Shown: in pieces, positions 25,325 through 34,807 of the stretch
How the letters are laid out: the number at the start of each line of letters is the position of its first letter
Numbering within the stretch: the stretch's first letter is position 1
NCBI GenBank assembly: GCA_013334825.1
Contig: JAAXWR010000003.1
Span: forward strand, 37,167-101,166
Source: Candidatus Yonathbacteria bacterium
GTDB taxonomy: Bacteria > Patescibacteriota > Minisyncoccia > Phycocordibacterales > JACNGX01
Direction of reading: 5' to 3'
Length of the DNA stretch: 64,000 nt
Notes under the pieces: generated by a model
The model's database searches: none
What the model was told of the DNA's origin: nothing
The model's input: only the letters and a program-made list of their open reading frames with translations
Made by a program: the position numbers and the translations under genes

Positions 25325-26719
25325 TTATTCCCAAACGACCACACGCACGAACGAGTGTTTCCCTACACGAAACGCTATTGTTTGAGAGATGGTGTAGTGA
25401 TAATCAGATACCACACCATGAGTATCAGAAAGAATATGGAGACCCGCTCCGTCGACAAGACGACGATAAGCGCTCTTTGATTCAAGAATATGTTCACGAA
25501 CAAGAATATCAGCAAGCATCTCTCCGCGCTTCGCGCGGACTTCGGGCATTGTCTCGGGAATTTCTTTTTTGCTAAATGTATTTACAAATGATTCTTCGGC
25601 GTGTCGCGCGGCTTCTTCTCCGTGGTAGATAGAGACAATCTGTCGCGCGAGGGCGAGTTTGGCGTCGCGTGGGTTTTCTTTCCCAGATGAGAGACGAGAC
25701 GCGAGCGCGCGGATATCGTCTTCTGGGGTAAATGTCGTTAATTCGTAATATGTAACAATCACCGTGTCGGGGATAGACATCACTTTACCAAACATATCTT
25801 CAGGTGCATCGGTTATGGCAATATAGTTTCCCAAACTCTTACTCATTTTTTCTTTTCCATCTGTACCAGGAAGAATGGGAACAGACATGACCGCTTGTTG
25901 TTCCATACTATTTGCCTTCATCACATCTCGCCCAATATGCATATTGAACATTTGGTCAGTGCCACCAACTTCCAAATCACACGATCCATATACTTTCCCA
26001 ATGACAACAGAATCAATCCCTTGGAGTACAGGATACATCATCTCATGCATATAAAGTTCTGCGCCATTTTTCAGACGTTCTTGAAACATGTCGCGCTCAA
26101 TAAGACGTGCATGCGTCAAGCCACGAAGTGTGGCGAGAAAACCTCGAAGTGTGATATCCACCAATTCCTTACGCTTGAGAAACTTTTTCTGCATACGTGT
26201 GTTTTCATACAACAGTGCTTTCCCCACAAATGATGACGGATTCACAGGCGTCACACCAAAACGCATCATAAGTCCTTTTTTGGGCGCCATATCAGAAACC
26301 GATAAAAACCAATCAGCATTTCGAATCCAAGAGAATGATATCGCATCTGTACGAAGAATGGTGCCAATCTGATCGAGATACGTCTTCATGTTTTGTTCAA
26401 CCTCCATTTGGTCAATCTCTGGACGGACCTTACTTTTCCCCGTGGGGTCACCAATCATAGCGGTGAAATCTCCCACCAAAAATACAATCTTACATCCCAC
26501 ATCCTGGAGGGCACGTAATTTTCGAAGTGCAACCGCATGTCCGAGGTGGATATCGGGACGTGTTGGATCAACACCAAACTTGACAATAATATCATGTGGA
26601 TATTCACCCCGTATCTTTGCTTCAAGTTTTTTGCGGAACAATCCTTCTGGATCAGTTAACTGCGCAATCCCTTGTGTGTATATACGATCACTCTCTATGT
26701 CTTGCTTTCCTTGTTTCAT
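25325..26719 (-). CDS. tyrS: Tyrosyl-tRNA synthetase
   Basis: GVDPT.PDIHLGH, YPVLQG.D, GGTDQ, KMSKS, C-terminal S4-like domain. Confidence 0.96.
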   Translation of the reverse strand: MKQGKQDIESDRIYTQGIAQLTDPEGLFRKKLEAKIRGEYPHDIIVKFGVDPTRPDIHLGHAVALRKLRALQDVGCKIVFLVGDFTAMIGDPTGKSKVRPEIDQMEVEQNMKTYLDQIGTILRTDAISFSWIRNADWFLSVSDMAPKKGLMMRFGVTPVNPSSFVGKALLYENTRMQKKFLKRKELVDITLRGFLATLRGLTHARLIERDMFQERLKNGAELYMHEMMYPVLQGIDSVVIGKVYGSCDLEVGGTDQMFNMHIGRDVMKANSMEQQAVMSVPILPGTDGKEKMSKSLGNYIAITDAPEDMFGKVMSIPDTVIVTYYELTTFTPEDDIRALASRLSSGKENPRDAKLALARQIVSIYHGEEAARHAEESFVNTFSKKEIPETMPEVRAKRGEMLADILVREHILESKSAYRRLVDGAGLHILSDTHGVVSDYHYTISQTIAFRVGKHSFVRVVVWE

Positions 26720-26815
26720 ACATACTACTATACATGACAAAGAGGTATTTTGAAAGAATGTATTTATACACCCTCCATGCGAAAAAATAGTCTTTTTATG
26801 GTATTATCAAACAGT

Positions 26816-29365
26816 ATGCGTACACACCCATTCAACACACATCTCAAAAAAAGTGATATTAAAAAGCGTTGGAAAAATCTCCTCCCTGTTCTCAGTATAT
26901 TAGGAGGTCTTGCTTTTTTTTCAATAAGCGCACTTATCATTTGGGCAAGTCTTATGCCTATGCCTGATTTTGATTCATTTATTGAACGAAAAATCGCCCA
27001 ATCAACAAAAATATATGACCGCACAGGTGAAATTCTTCTTTATGATATTCATGAGGACATTCGTCGTACTGTGGTGCCCGGAGATTCAATTTCCCCTTTT
27101 ATTAAACAAGCAACTATCTCCATAGAAGATAGTGAATTTTATAATCATCACGGCGTTCGTCCGCTCGCATTTTTACGTGCGCTTATTGTAAATATCCTTT
27201 CTATGGATTTTTCTCAAGGTGGATCAACAATAACCCAACAAGCAGTAAAAAACACAATGCTTACACAAGAAAAGACAATCTCTCGTAAAGTCAAAGAATG
27301 GGTTCTGGCAGTTCGTCTTGAACAAATCATGACAAAAGAAGAAATATTGACACTCTACCTCAATGAATCACCGTACGGAGGAAATATTTACGGTGTACAA
27401 GAAGCAACACGAGAGTTTTTTGGAAAAGATGCATCTAACGTAACACTTGCGGAGGCTGCATATATTGCCGCTATTCCTCAAGCACCTACGCGCTATTCTC
27501 CCTATGGAAATAATGTGGATAAACTTAAAACTCGCCAACGACTTGTTCTTTCACGCATGAAAGAACTTGGTGTTATCGATGATTCTACCTACACACAAGC
27601 ACTTGCTGAAGAAGTTGTTTTTCAACCACAAAGCCAGTTCGGTATGCGCGCACCACATTTCGTTTTTTATATCAGATCGTACATAGAAGAAACATATGGT
27701 TCAGCAGCCCTCGAAGAAGATGGACTGAAGATAATTACAACTCTCGATTGGAAACTTCAAGAGAAAGCACAAGAAATTGTTAAACGACACGCACTCGCGA
27801 ATGAGACAAATTTCAACGCGGAAAATGCAGGACTGGTCGCAATTGATCCAAATACAGGACAAATCATTACAATGGTTGGCTCACGTGATTACTTCGATAA
27901 AACAATTGATGGAAACTTCAACGTAACTCTTGATACAAACCGCCAACCAGGATCAGCATTCAAACCTTTTGTGTATGCGGCTGCATTTATGAAAGGATAC
28001 ACTCCTGATACTGTTGTGTTTGACCTTCCTACAATATTTGACACACGTTGTTCTCCTAATGGGACACCTATTTCTGAAGGTGCGACAACTGATGATTGTT
28101 ATAGTCCTGTTAATTATGATGGAACATATCGTGGACCTGTCACACTCCGCGAAGCGCTTGCACAGTCACTCAATATTCCTGCTGTAAAAGTACTCTACCT
28201 CACTGGTATTAATAATGCCCTTGATGTAGCAAAAAAAATGGGTATTAACGGTCTAAAAGACAAAAATAGATATGGACTCACACTCGTTCTTGGTGGTGGA
28301 GAAGTATCTCTCCTTGATATGACGAGTGCATACGGTGTATTTGCACATGAAGGTGTTCGCCTTCCTCCTACTGGCATACTTCGTGTTGAAGAACAAGATG
28401 GAACAATACTCGAAGAATATAAACCAATAGAATCCTCAGTTCTTGATAGCGGTGTTGCACGTATGATTTCTGATGTGTTATCAGATAATATTGCTCGTGC
28501 TCCAGCGTTTGGTGACAATTCATATCTCAATTTTCCTGATCGAGATGTTGCGGTTAAAACAGGTACTACAAACGATTATCGCGATGCGTGGATTATGGGG
28601 TATATTCCACAACTTGCAGTTGGTGCATGGGCCGGAAATAATGACAACTCACCAATGGAAAAGAAAGTTGCTGGATATATCATCGCACCACTTTGGAATG
28701 AGTTTATGCAAACGGTCCTTGCGACATATCCAGCAGAAAACTTTAATCCGGCACCAGAAACATCTCCCGATCTACCACCAATTATTCGTGGTATTTGGAA
28801 AGGTGGTGTGACATATGTTGTTGATACAATAAGCGGTGGGCTTGCAACAGAATTTACTCCTAAAGAAACAGTCGAAGAACGTGCAATTACAAATGTTCAT
28901 TCATTATTATATTGGGTTGATAAAGATAATCCAACACATATGCGAACAGATAATCCAGCAAACGACCCACAGTTTACATTATGGGAATATCCTGTCCGTA
29001 TTTGGGCAGCGCAACAAGGATATCGTGATGGTGATAATTCAGGAAAACCATCTTACTATGACACTATTCATACAACAGCAAGTAAACCCTCAATCACCAT
29101 AACAGAACCGAGACGAAATGAAATATTTGGAAAAAGTGAACGAATAACAATCTCTCTTTCAAGTGCTACCTCACTTTCACGTGCTGATTTCTTCCTTGAT
29201 GATACACTTATTGGTTCGGTACATACACAACCCTTCCTATTCTCTTTTATTCCTGAACTTGTGGAACAGGGAAAACAAACAGGAGATCACACACTATCTG
29301 TTGTCGCATATGATATGTTATACAATAAAAATGAGGCAACACTACCAATCCATATTACTGAATAA
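26816..29365 (+). CDS. Class A penicillin-binding protein with C-terminal Ig-like domain
   Basis: EDSEFYNHHG, QGGSTITQQ, RKVKE; S-A-F-K, S-L-N, K-T-G transpeptidase motifs. Confidence 0.95.
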   Translation: MRTHPFNTHLKKSDIKKRWKNLLPVLSILGGLAFFSISALIIWASLMPMPDFDSFIERKIAQSTKIYDRTGEILLYDIHEDIRRTVVPGDSISPFIKQATISIEDSEFYNHHGVRPLAFLRALIVNILSMDFSQGGSTITQQAVKNTMLTQEKTISRKVKEWVLAVRLEQIMTKEEILTLYLNESPYGGNIYGVQEATREFFGKDASNVTLAEAAYIAAIPQAPTRYSPYGNNVDKLKTRQRLVLSRMKELGVIDDSTYTQALAEEVVFQPQSQFGMRAPHFVFYIRSYIEETYGSAALEEDGLKIITTLDWKLQEKAQEIVKRHALANETNFNAENAGLVAIDPNTGQIITMVGSRDYFDKTIDGNFNVTLDTNRQPGSAFKPFVYAAAFMKGYTPDTVVFDLPTIFDTRCSPNGTPISEGATTDDCYSPVNYDGTYRGPVTLREALAQSLNIPAVKVLYLTGINNALDVAKKMGINGLKDKNRYGLTLVLGGGEVSLLDMTSAYGVFAHEGVRLPPTGILRVEEQDGTILEEYKPIESSVLDSGVARMISDVLSDNIARAPAFGDNSYLNFPDRDVAVKTGTTNDYRDAWIMGYIPQLAVGAWAGNNDNSPMEKKVAGYIIAPLWNEFMQTVLATYPAENFNPAPETSPDLPPIIRGIWKGGVTYVVDTISGGLATEFTPKETVEERAITNVHSLLYWVDKDNPTHMRTDNPANDPQFTLWEYPVRIWAAQQGYRDGDNSGKPSYYDTIHTTASKPSITITEPRRNEIFGKSERITISLSSATSLSRADFFLDDTLIGSVHTQPFLFSFIPELVEQGKQTGDHTLSVVAYDMLYNKNEATLPIHITE

Positions 29366-29369
29366 TATA

Positions 29370-29414
29370 TATAAAAAACACACATCTTTATAATTATGAT
29401 GTGTGTTTTTTATA
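29370..29414. terminator. Bidirectional terminator
   Basis: TATAAAAAACACACATC...GATGTGTGTTTTTTATA. Confidence 0.7.
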
Positions 29415-29667
29415 TAATACGTTCAATATGTATATGGGGTATATTTTTTTGTATATCTTCTAATACTTCCTTTTTATGAAGAAGTATCTCATTTTTTATT
29501 GTCGAACGACAAGAGAGAAAAATAGTTCCTTGTTTATATGAAATAACATCTTCTGAAATTGATATATGGCATATTGATGATATAGATACACTACATGTTT
29601 TTTTGACACTGTGTGTGTCAGGAACAAACTGAGTAAATCGTTCAAGAAAAGAATTAATGGAAAACAT
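29410..29667 (-). CDS. Small protein, possible DciA/DUF721-like helicase loader
   Basis: Directly downstream of dnaN; GTIFLSC.S..KNEILLHKKEVLEDI...IERI resembles the DciA KH-like pattern. Confidence 0.55.
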   Translation of the reverse strand: MFSINSFLERFTQFVPDTHSVKKTCSVSISSICHISISEDVISYKQGTIFLSCRSTIKNEILLHKKEVLEDIQKNIPHIHIERII

Positions 29668-29680
29668 AATTGATATGTTT

Positions 29681-30814
29681 TTAACGATTCATTGGCATCA
29701 CTAAATACATAAATGAAACATCTCCAATTGGTGTGATAATGATAGGTCGTCCTTTTCCAAAAAACGACATTTGTAAACTATCTGTTGAAATTGCTTGAAA
29801 TGCATCTGTAATATATTTATAATTAACACTAATATCAATTTCTTCTCCAGACAATGATGCTTGTATTGGAACAATACTAGTACCAATGTCTGAATTTTTT
29901 GTTTCAATAATAAATCTTTTTTCTTTTGGATTTATTGAAAAGATTGTTTGACGAAATGTGTTCGCAACAATAGTACTCACTTTAAGGGCATTTATAAGAT
30001 CTTCTTTTAGCACAATAACTTGTGTGGTGTGTTCTTTAGGAATAATTTGTTTATAATCAGGAAATGTCCCATTAATAATGCGTGATGTTACATATACACC
30101 TTCTTTTTCAATAACAATTTGATGATCATTAAAACGAATATCAAGTGTGTCATCTATTCCATCAAACACTTTTATCAGCTCTTGAGCATTTTTAAAAGGA
30201 ATAAGGATTCCTCCCCAATCACGAATATTTTTTTCTTTTACTTTTTTCTCAGCAAGGCGAAATGAATCTGTGGCTACAAATACAATGGTGTCATTTTCTG
30301 GATATATATATACACTTGCGAGTTCTGGTTTTATATCTGATACAGAAGAAGCATATACGACAGATTTTAAACCAATTACTAATTTTTTTGACTCAAGAGA
30401 GAATGTATACCCATCAGACACTACAGGAAGGGTCGGAAACTCCTCTGTAGGAGCTCCTTTGATAGTTGTAGTGACTTCCCCACCAGAAATAATTATATGC
30501 CCATTCTGTGAGGTAATTTCGACTGTTTTAACAGTATTTCCAAATGTACTTAAAAGACCATTGATGATATGTGCAGGAATAGCAACAATACCTTCACCTT
30601 CTGTTTTTGCAGGAATAGCTACTTCTATACCAATATCAAGATTTGTGGCTCGTAATACGAGCATTTTATTCTTTACCTCAACTAACATATTTGAAAGGAT
30701 GGGAAGGGAGAGACTTTTTCCTGTCATTTTTTCTGCTTTTGTTACCATTGATGCAAACATTTCACGAGAACATGATGCTGAAAATTCACTTACTGTTTTT
30801 TGTACAGTTGTCAT
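29681..30814 (-). CDS. dnaN: DNA polymerase III beta sliding clamp
   Basis: LPILSN, RATNLDI, VATDSFRLA, GTFPDYKQIIP, YLVMPM. Confidence 0.97.
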   Translation of the reverse strand: MTTVQKTVSEFSASCSREMFASMVTKAEKMTGKSLSLPILSNMLVEVKNKMLVLRATNLDIGIEVAIPAKTEGEGIVAIPAHIINGLLSTFGNTVKTVEITSQNGHIIISGGEVTTTIKGAPTEEFPTLPVVSDGYTFSLESKKLVIGLKSVVYASSVSDIKPELASVYIYPENDTIVFVATDSFRLAEKKVKEKNIRDWGGILIPFKNAQELIKVFDGIDDTLDIRFNDHQIVIEKEGVYVTSRIINGTFPDYKQIIPKEHTTQVIVLKEDLINALKVSTIVANTFRQTIFSINPKEKRFIIETKNSDIGTSIVPIQASLSGEEIDISVNYKYITDAFQAISTDSLQMSFFGKGRPIIITPIGDVSFMYLVMPMNR

Positions 30815-31059
30815 AATGTGGAAAAGTTATGTTTATAATATATAGATATATATTATTACTATTATATACGTGTATAAGTGGATAACACAAATATGTTACG
30901 TAATACCAATACTATTTCATCAACAGGAGTGTAAATGAGTCTACACAAATTATACATACATTACTACGTGTATAAAGAAAATAATTGGTATACACATATT
31001 CTTAACATCTTTTATATACCATTATCCTTTATTATTTCACATAATATCCACAGAGTTTT
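30815..31059. other. Putative oriC (dnaA-dnaN intergenic region)
   Basis: Very AT-rich; DnaA-box-like TGTGGAAAA (30817), AGTGGATAA (30877), ATATCCACA (~31044). Confidence 0.75.
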
Positions 31060-32403
31060 CTACAGAAGAGCGCGTATTTGATCAACTTCATTTCGTAATA
31101 TATCATCATTTGATAAATCATTTCTCATTTTTTCATACGAATGCATAACTGTTGTGTGGTCACGTCCCCCTAATTTTTTTCCAATAAGTGGATATGATGC
31201 ATTATAATCTTCACGTAATAAATACATGACGACTTGTCTTGGTTTTACCACCTCTTTTCTTCGTGTTTTTTCATAAATATCTTTTTCTTCAATACTATAG
31301 AAACCAGCAACTATTTTTGTGACATCCTTAAAGGAAATAATACTTTTTGGTTTATTTGTTCCGCGAACAATAGCTTTAATATCGTCAAGTGTGATGATAT
31401 TGTTTTTTATTTGTGCGTGACAAGATACAGTATTTAATACTCCTTCTAATTCTCTAATATTTCCTTCAACTGTCATGGCAAGATATTCAATTGCTTGAGG
31501 ATCAAGAAGAAGTCCTTTTTCTTGTGCTTTCATAGAAAAAATAGACGTACGTGCTTCAAATTCAGGTTGACTGATATCCACAATCATTCCTGCATTAAAA
31601 CGTGATTTGAGACGTGCCTCAAGTCCAGGAATGAAATTTGGATGCATATCAGATGAAAAAACAATTTGTTTATTCGCATCATATAAGGTGTTAAATACAT
31701 GGAATAATTCTTCTTGGGTTTTTTCTTTATTAGAAAGAAATTGAATATCATCCATAATCAGAACATCATATGTGCGATATTTTTCTTTAAACACATTCAC
31801 TGTGTCATTTTGAAGGGAAGAAATATACTCAACAAGGAATTTTTCTGATGTGAGATACATAACATTTTTCCCCATATCTTTTTTGAGATAATTACCAATT
31901 GCTTGTATGAGGTGTGTCTTCCCTACTCCTGTTCCTCCATACACAAAGAATGGGTTATATACAATACCAGGTTTTTTGATAATTGCTTGAGATGCTGCAT
32001 ATGCGAGTGTGTTGAACGATCCAACAATAAATGAATCAAATGTATATTTTGGATTGAGATTACTTTGTTTATCAATGTATAAATCTGACAAAGGAAGTTC
32101 CTCAGAAGAACACATTGTTTTTGTATGAGGAATATCAGGGGATGATTTTTTCTCACCTTTATGAATGATGTATTCTACGCCACGTACTCCATCAGATAAT
32201 TCACGTAATGATTTGAGTATCATTTTATGGAATTTTGTGGAAAGCCATTCCTTCACAAATTCATTAGGAACAGCGACTGTGATCACACCTTCTTCTTGTC
32301 TCGCAATATAAGTGTTTCGAAACCACGTACTAAAATTTGCACGCGAGAGGTTTGCTTCCATATCGGAGAGTACACTATTCCAAAGTTGAGTTTGATCCGA
32401 CAT
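31060..32403 (-). CDS. dnaA: Chromosomal replication initiator
   Basis: LNPKYTFDSF, GGTGVGKTHL, DDIQF, NIRELEG, GGRDHTTVMH. Confidence 0.98.
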   Translation of the reverse strand: MSDQTQLWNSVLSDMEANLSRANFSTWFRNTYIARQEEGVITVAVPNEFVKEWLSTKFHKMILKSLRELSDGVRGVEYIIHKGEKKSSPDIPHTKTMCSSEELPLSDLYIDKQSNLNPKYTFDSFIVGSFNTLAYAASQAIIKKPGIVYNPFFVYGGTGVGKTHLIQAIGNYLKKDMGKNVMYLTSEKFLVEYISSLQNDTVNVFKEKYRTYDVLIMDDIQFLSNKEKTQEELFHVFNTLYDANKQIVFSSDMHPNFIPGLEARLKSRFNAGMIVDISQPEFEARTSIFSMKAQEKGLLLDPQAIEYLAMTVEGNIRELEGVLNTVSCHAQIKNNIITLDDIKAIVRGTNKPKSIISFKDVTKIVAGFYSIEEKDIYEKTRRKEVVKPRQVVMYLLREDYNASYPLIGKKLGGRDHTTVMHSYEKMRNDLSNDDILRNEVDQIRALL

Positions 32404-32454
32404 AATGAAGATGAGGATTGATTTGATTGATAATCGTTACGAACGTGCATGTAA

Positions 32455-32530
32455 TTATATACGGGTGGATAGGAAGTGGAAACTTGCGAACATGGGAAAA
32501 GTCTGTTGATAAGGTGTGGATAAATAATTA
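32455..32530. promoter_or_regulatory. DnaA-box cluster upstream of dnaA
   Basis: TGTGGATAA 32515-32523 (perfect), TGTTGATAA 32504-32512, GGTGGATAG ~32464. Confidence 0.7.
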
Positions 32531-32648
32531 TATGAATAAAAACTCGAGAAACATATACATATAAACATATAAATGATAAATAACACATAAATCCTTTCGT
32601 ATTGGAATATGTTGCTTTTTTCATACTATGGTGTATAGTAATGCAACT

Positions 32649-32783
32649 ATGTCGCAAACATATAAACCAAGCAAAAGAAAGCGTGCGACCACACATGGTT
32701 TTCTTGTTCGTTCTGAAACACCTTCAGGACGCGCAATCCTTAAAAACCGCCGCCGTAAAGGGCGCGCAAAGCTTTCCGTGTAA
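32649..32783 (+). CDS. rpmH: 50S ribosomal protein L34
   Basis: [44 protein letters not shown] (translated by hand). Confidence 0.97.
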   Translation: MSQTYKPSKRKRATTHGFLVRSETPSGRAILKNRRRKGRAKLSV

Positions 32784-32848
32784 TATATAAATAAAAAAAC
32801 AAATAACACAACCTTTTCAAGGTTGTGTTATTTGTTTATGATGGAGGA

Positions 32849-33196
32849 ATGCTTTCCAAACATCTCAGACTTACCAGTCATGATATTCCCCTACCACAAA
32901 AAGGATTACAGGTATTTCATACTGAACGACTTACACTTGCAATATCTCCTTGTCATGATAAAAAACCATCGAAATTTGCTGTTCTTGTCTCAAAAAAAGG
33001 GAAAAATGCTCCTACACGCAATAAGATGCGACGTCGTATATATGAAGCAATTGGAATGTTTAGGGGTCGTATAAAACAAGGATATAGATGTATATTCTCT
33101 CTCAAAAAAGGTATTTCTTCTGATATTCCCTATCACATTATCTTCGCGGACGTTACTATTCTTCTCAAACAAGCGGGATTACTATGTCTTTCTTAA
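32849..33196 (+). CDS. rnpA: Ribonuclease P protein component
   Basis: FAVLVSKK..NAPTRNKMRRRI (RNR-like motif); synteny after rpmH. Confidence 0.88.
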   Translation: MLSKHLRLTSHDIPLPQKGLQVFHTERLTLAISPCHDKKPSKFAVLVSKKGKNAPTRNKMRRRIYEAIGMFRGRIKQGYRCIFSLKKGISSDIPYHIIFADVTILLKQAGLLCLS

Positions 33197-33444
33197 AAAA
33201 CATACATAAAAATATAATCGTGTGGCTTGTCAGGGTATATCAATTCTTTCTTTCACCGGACAAAAATATTCTTGTAAAAATAGGTGCTATTCAACCACGG
33301 ATAACCTGCGTGTTTTACCCAACGTGTTCGGAATATATGATCCTTGCTATTGAGAAATATGGTGTACGAAAAGGGATTGTCAAAGGAATACAGCGTATTG
33401 GCAAGTGTCGTAAAGGTACTCCCCTGTCGGTCGATATGCCGTAA
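33184..33444 (+). CDS. yidD: Membrane protein insertion efficiency factor
   Basis: YQFFLSP, CVFYPTCSEY, RIGKC; synteny. Confidence 0.92.
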   Translation: MSFLKNIHKNIIVWLVRVYQFFLSPDKNILVKIGAIQPRITCVFYPTCSEYMILAIEKYGVRKGIVKGIQRIGKCRKGTPLSVDMP

Positions 33445-33492
33445 CGCCTTTTTCCTTGCTCAAACAAGGAAAAAGGCGTACAATACGGAAAT

Positions 33493-34263
33493 ATGGTAGG
33501 TTTTTTCGAGTCCGTTATCTATATTCCTCTTTTCAACGCTCTCGTTTTCCTCACTTCTCTTTCCCCGTGGGCGGATATTGGTATTGCTATCATTCTCCTT
33601 ACGATTATTGTTCGTCTGGTCCTTTTTCCTCTGACACATGCGTCGTCAAAAACACAAGCTAAAATGCGAGAACTTGAGCCGGTACTCAATAAAATAAAAG
33701 AAGATCATAAAGATGATCAGGAAGCGCAAGCGCGAAAAATGATGGCGTTATATAAAGAACATGGTCTCAACCCCGCGACAGGATGTCTGACCCTTTTTAT
33801 TCAGTTGCCAGTTATCCTCGGTCTTTTTTGGGTGTTTAAGGACATTCATGCTGACACGTCTGTGTTGCATGGGGCATATGTGGCACTTTCTTCTATTGCC
33901 GATACTGGACTGTTATATCCATTTACTCCCTTCCCCGCACTCGTGCAAACACATTTCCTTGGTGTACTTGATATGACAGGGAAAAGTATCATACTCGCAC
34001 TTCTTGCGGGAGTCACTCAATATATTCAGTCCGCGATTGCCATGCCTGGAGTAAAAATGACACTAAAAAGCACGGGGTCATTTAAGGATGATTTGGCGCA
34101 AAATATGAAGTTCCAAATGCGGTATTTCTTCCCTATTATGATTACTGTATTTGCATACTCCGTTTCAGCGGCAGTAGCACTGTATTGGGTTACGGGGAAC
34201 GTGTTTACTATTATTCATGAGCTTTTTGTGAATCGAAAAATTTCAAAAAGTGTCACCGTATAA
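33493..34263 (+). CDS. yidC: Membrane protein insertase YidC/Oxa1 (short form)
   Basis: GIAIILLTIIVRLVLFPL, LYKEHGLNP..GCL, ALYWVTGN. Confidence 0.93.
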   Translation: MVGFFESVIYIPLFNALVFLTSLSPWADIGIAIILLTIIVRLVLFPLTHASSKTQAKMRELEPVLNKIKEDHKDDQEAQARKMMALYKEHGLNPATGCLTLFIQLPVILGLFWVFKDIHADTSVLHGAYVALSSIADTGLLYPFTPFPALVQTHFLGVLDMTGKSIILALLAGVTQYIQSAIAMPGVKMTLKSTGSFKDDLAQNMKFQMRYFFPIMITVFAYSVSAAVALYWVTGNVFTIIHELFVNRKISKSVTV

Positions 34264-34267
34264 CTCT

Positions 34268-34738
34268 ATGGAACGTCCTGTCACCACAATCATTGAAGAA
34301 CTTCTTTCAGTTATGGGATATACCGAAGCGTCTGTTTCTATGATGTCTGACGAAACGGGGGTTGTGTATGCAATACATACAAACGATGGGAGACAACTTA
34401 TTGGTCGTGACGGTGCAAATCTTGCGGCACTCAATCATATTGTGAAGCGTATTGTTGAACAAGAGACGGGCACGTATGGCAGGTTTGGTATCGATGTGAA
34501 TGGGTATCAAGAGGAGAGAAATGAGTCGTTGCGTCGTCAGGCACGTATGATAGTAGATCGTGTTCGTTCACTTGCGGCGGATTCTGAACTTGAACCGATG
34601 GATGGATATGCGCGTATGATTATTCACGCGGCAATTGCAGATATGGCAGATGTAACAACCGAATCAGTGGGAAGAGGTCATGAGCGACACATTGTGGTAA
34701 AGTACTCTCCTGAGAAACGAAGCGATATGAGTTTTTGA
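34268..34738 (+). CDS. jag: Jag/KhpB RNA-binding protein (KH + R3H)
   Basis: LIGRDGANLAAL (KH), LEPM...RMIIH (R3H); synteny. Confidence 0.88.
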   Translation: MERPVTTIIEELLSVMGYTEASVSMMSDETGVVYAIHTNDGRQLIGRDGANLAALNHIVKRIVEQETGTYGRFGIDVNGYQEERNESLRRQARMIVDRVRSLAADSELEPMDGYARMIIHAAIADMADVTTESVGRGHERHIVVKYSPEKRSDMSF

Positions 34739-34760
34739 TATATATCTGGAATATGTTGGA

Positions 34761-34790
34761 TTAAAAAACACCCAGAAGGGTGTTTTTTAA
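34761..34790. terminator. Bidirectional terminator
   Basis: TTAAAAAACACCC-AGAA-GGGTGTTTTTTAA. Confidence 0.85.
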
Positions 34791-34807
34791 TGTGTTTTGT
34801 CTCAGTA

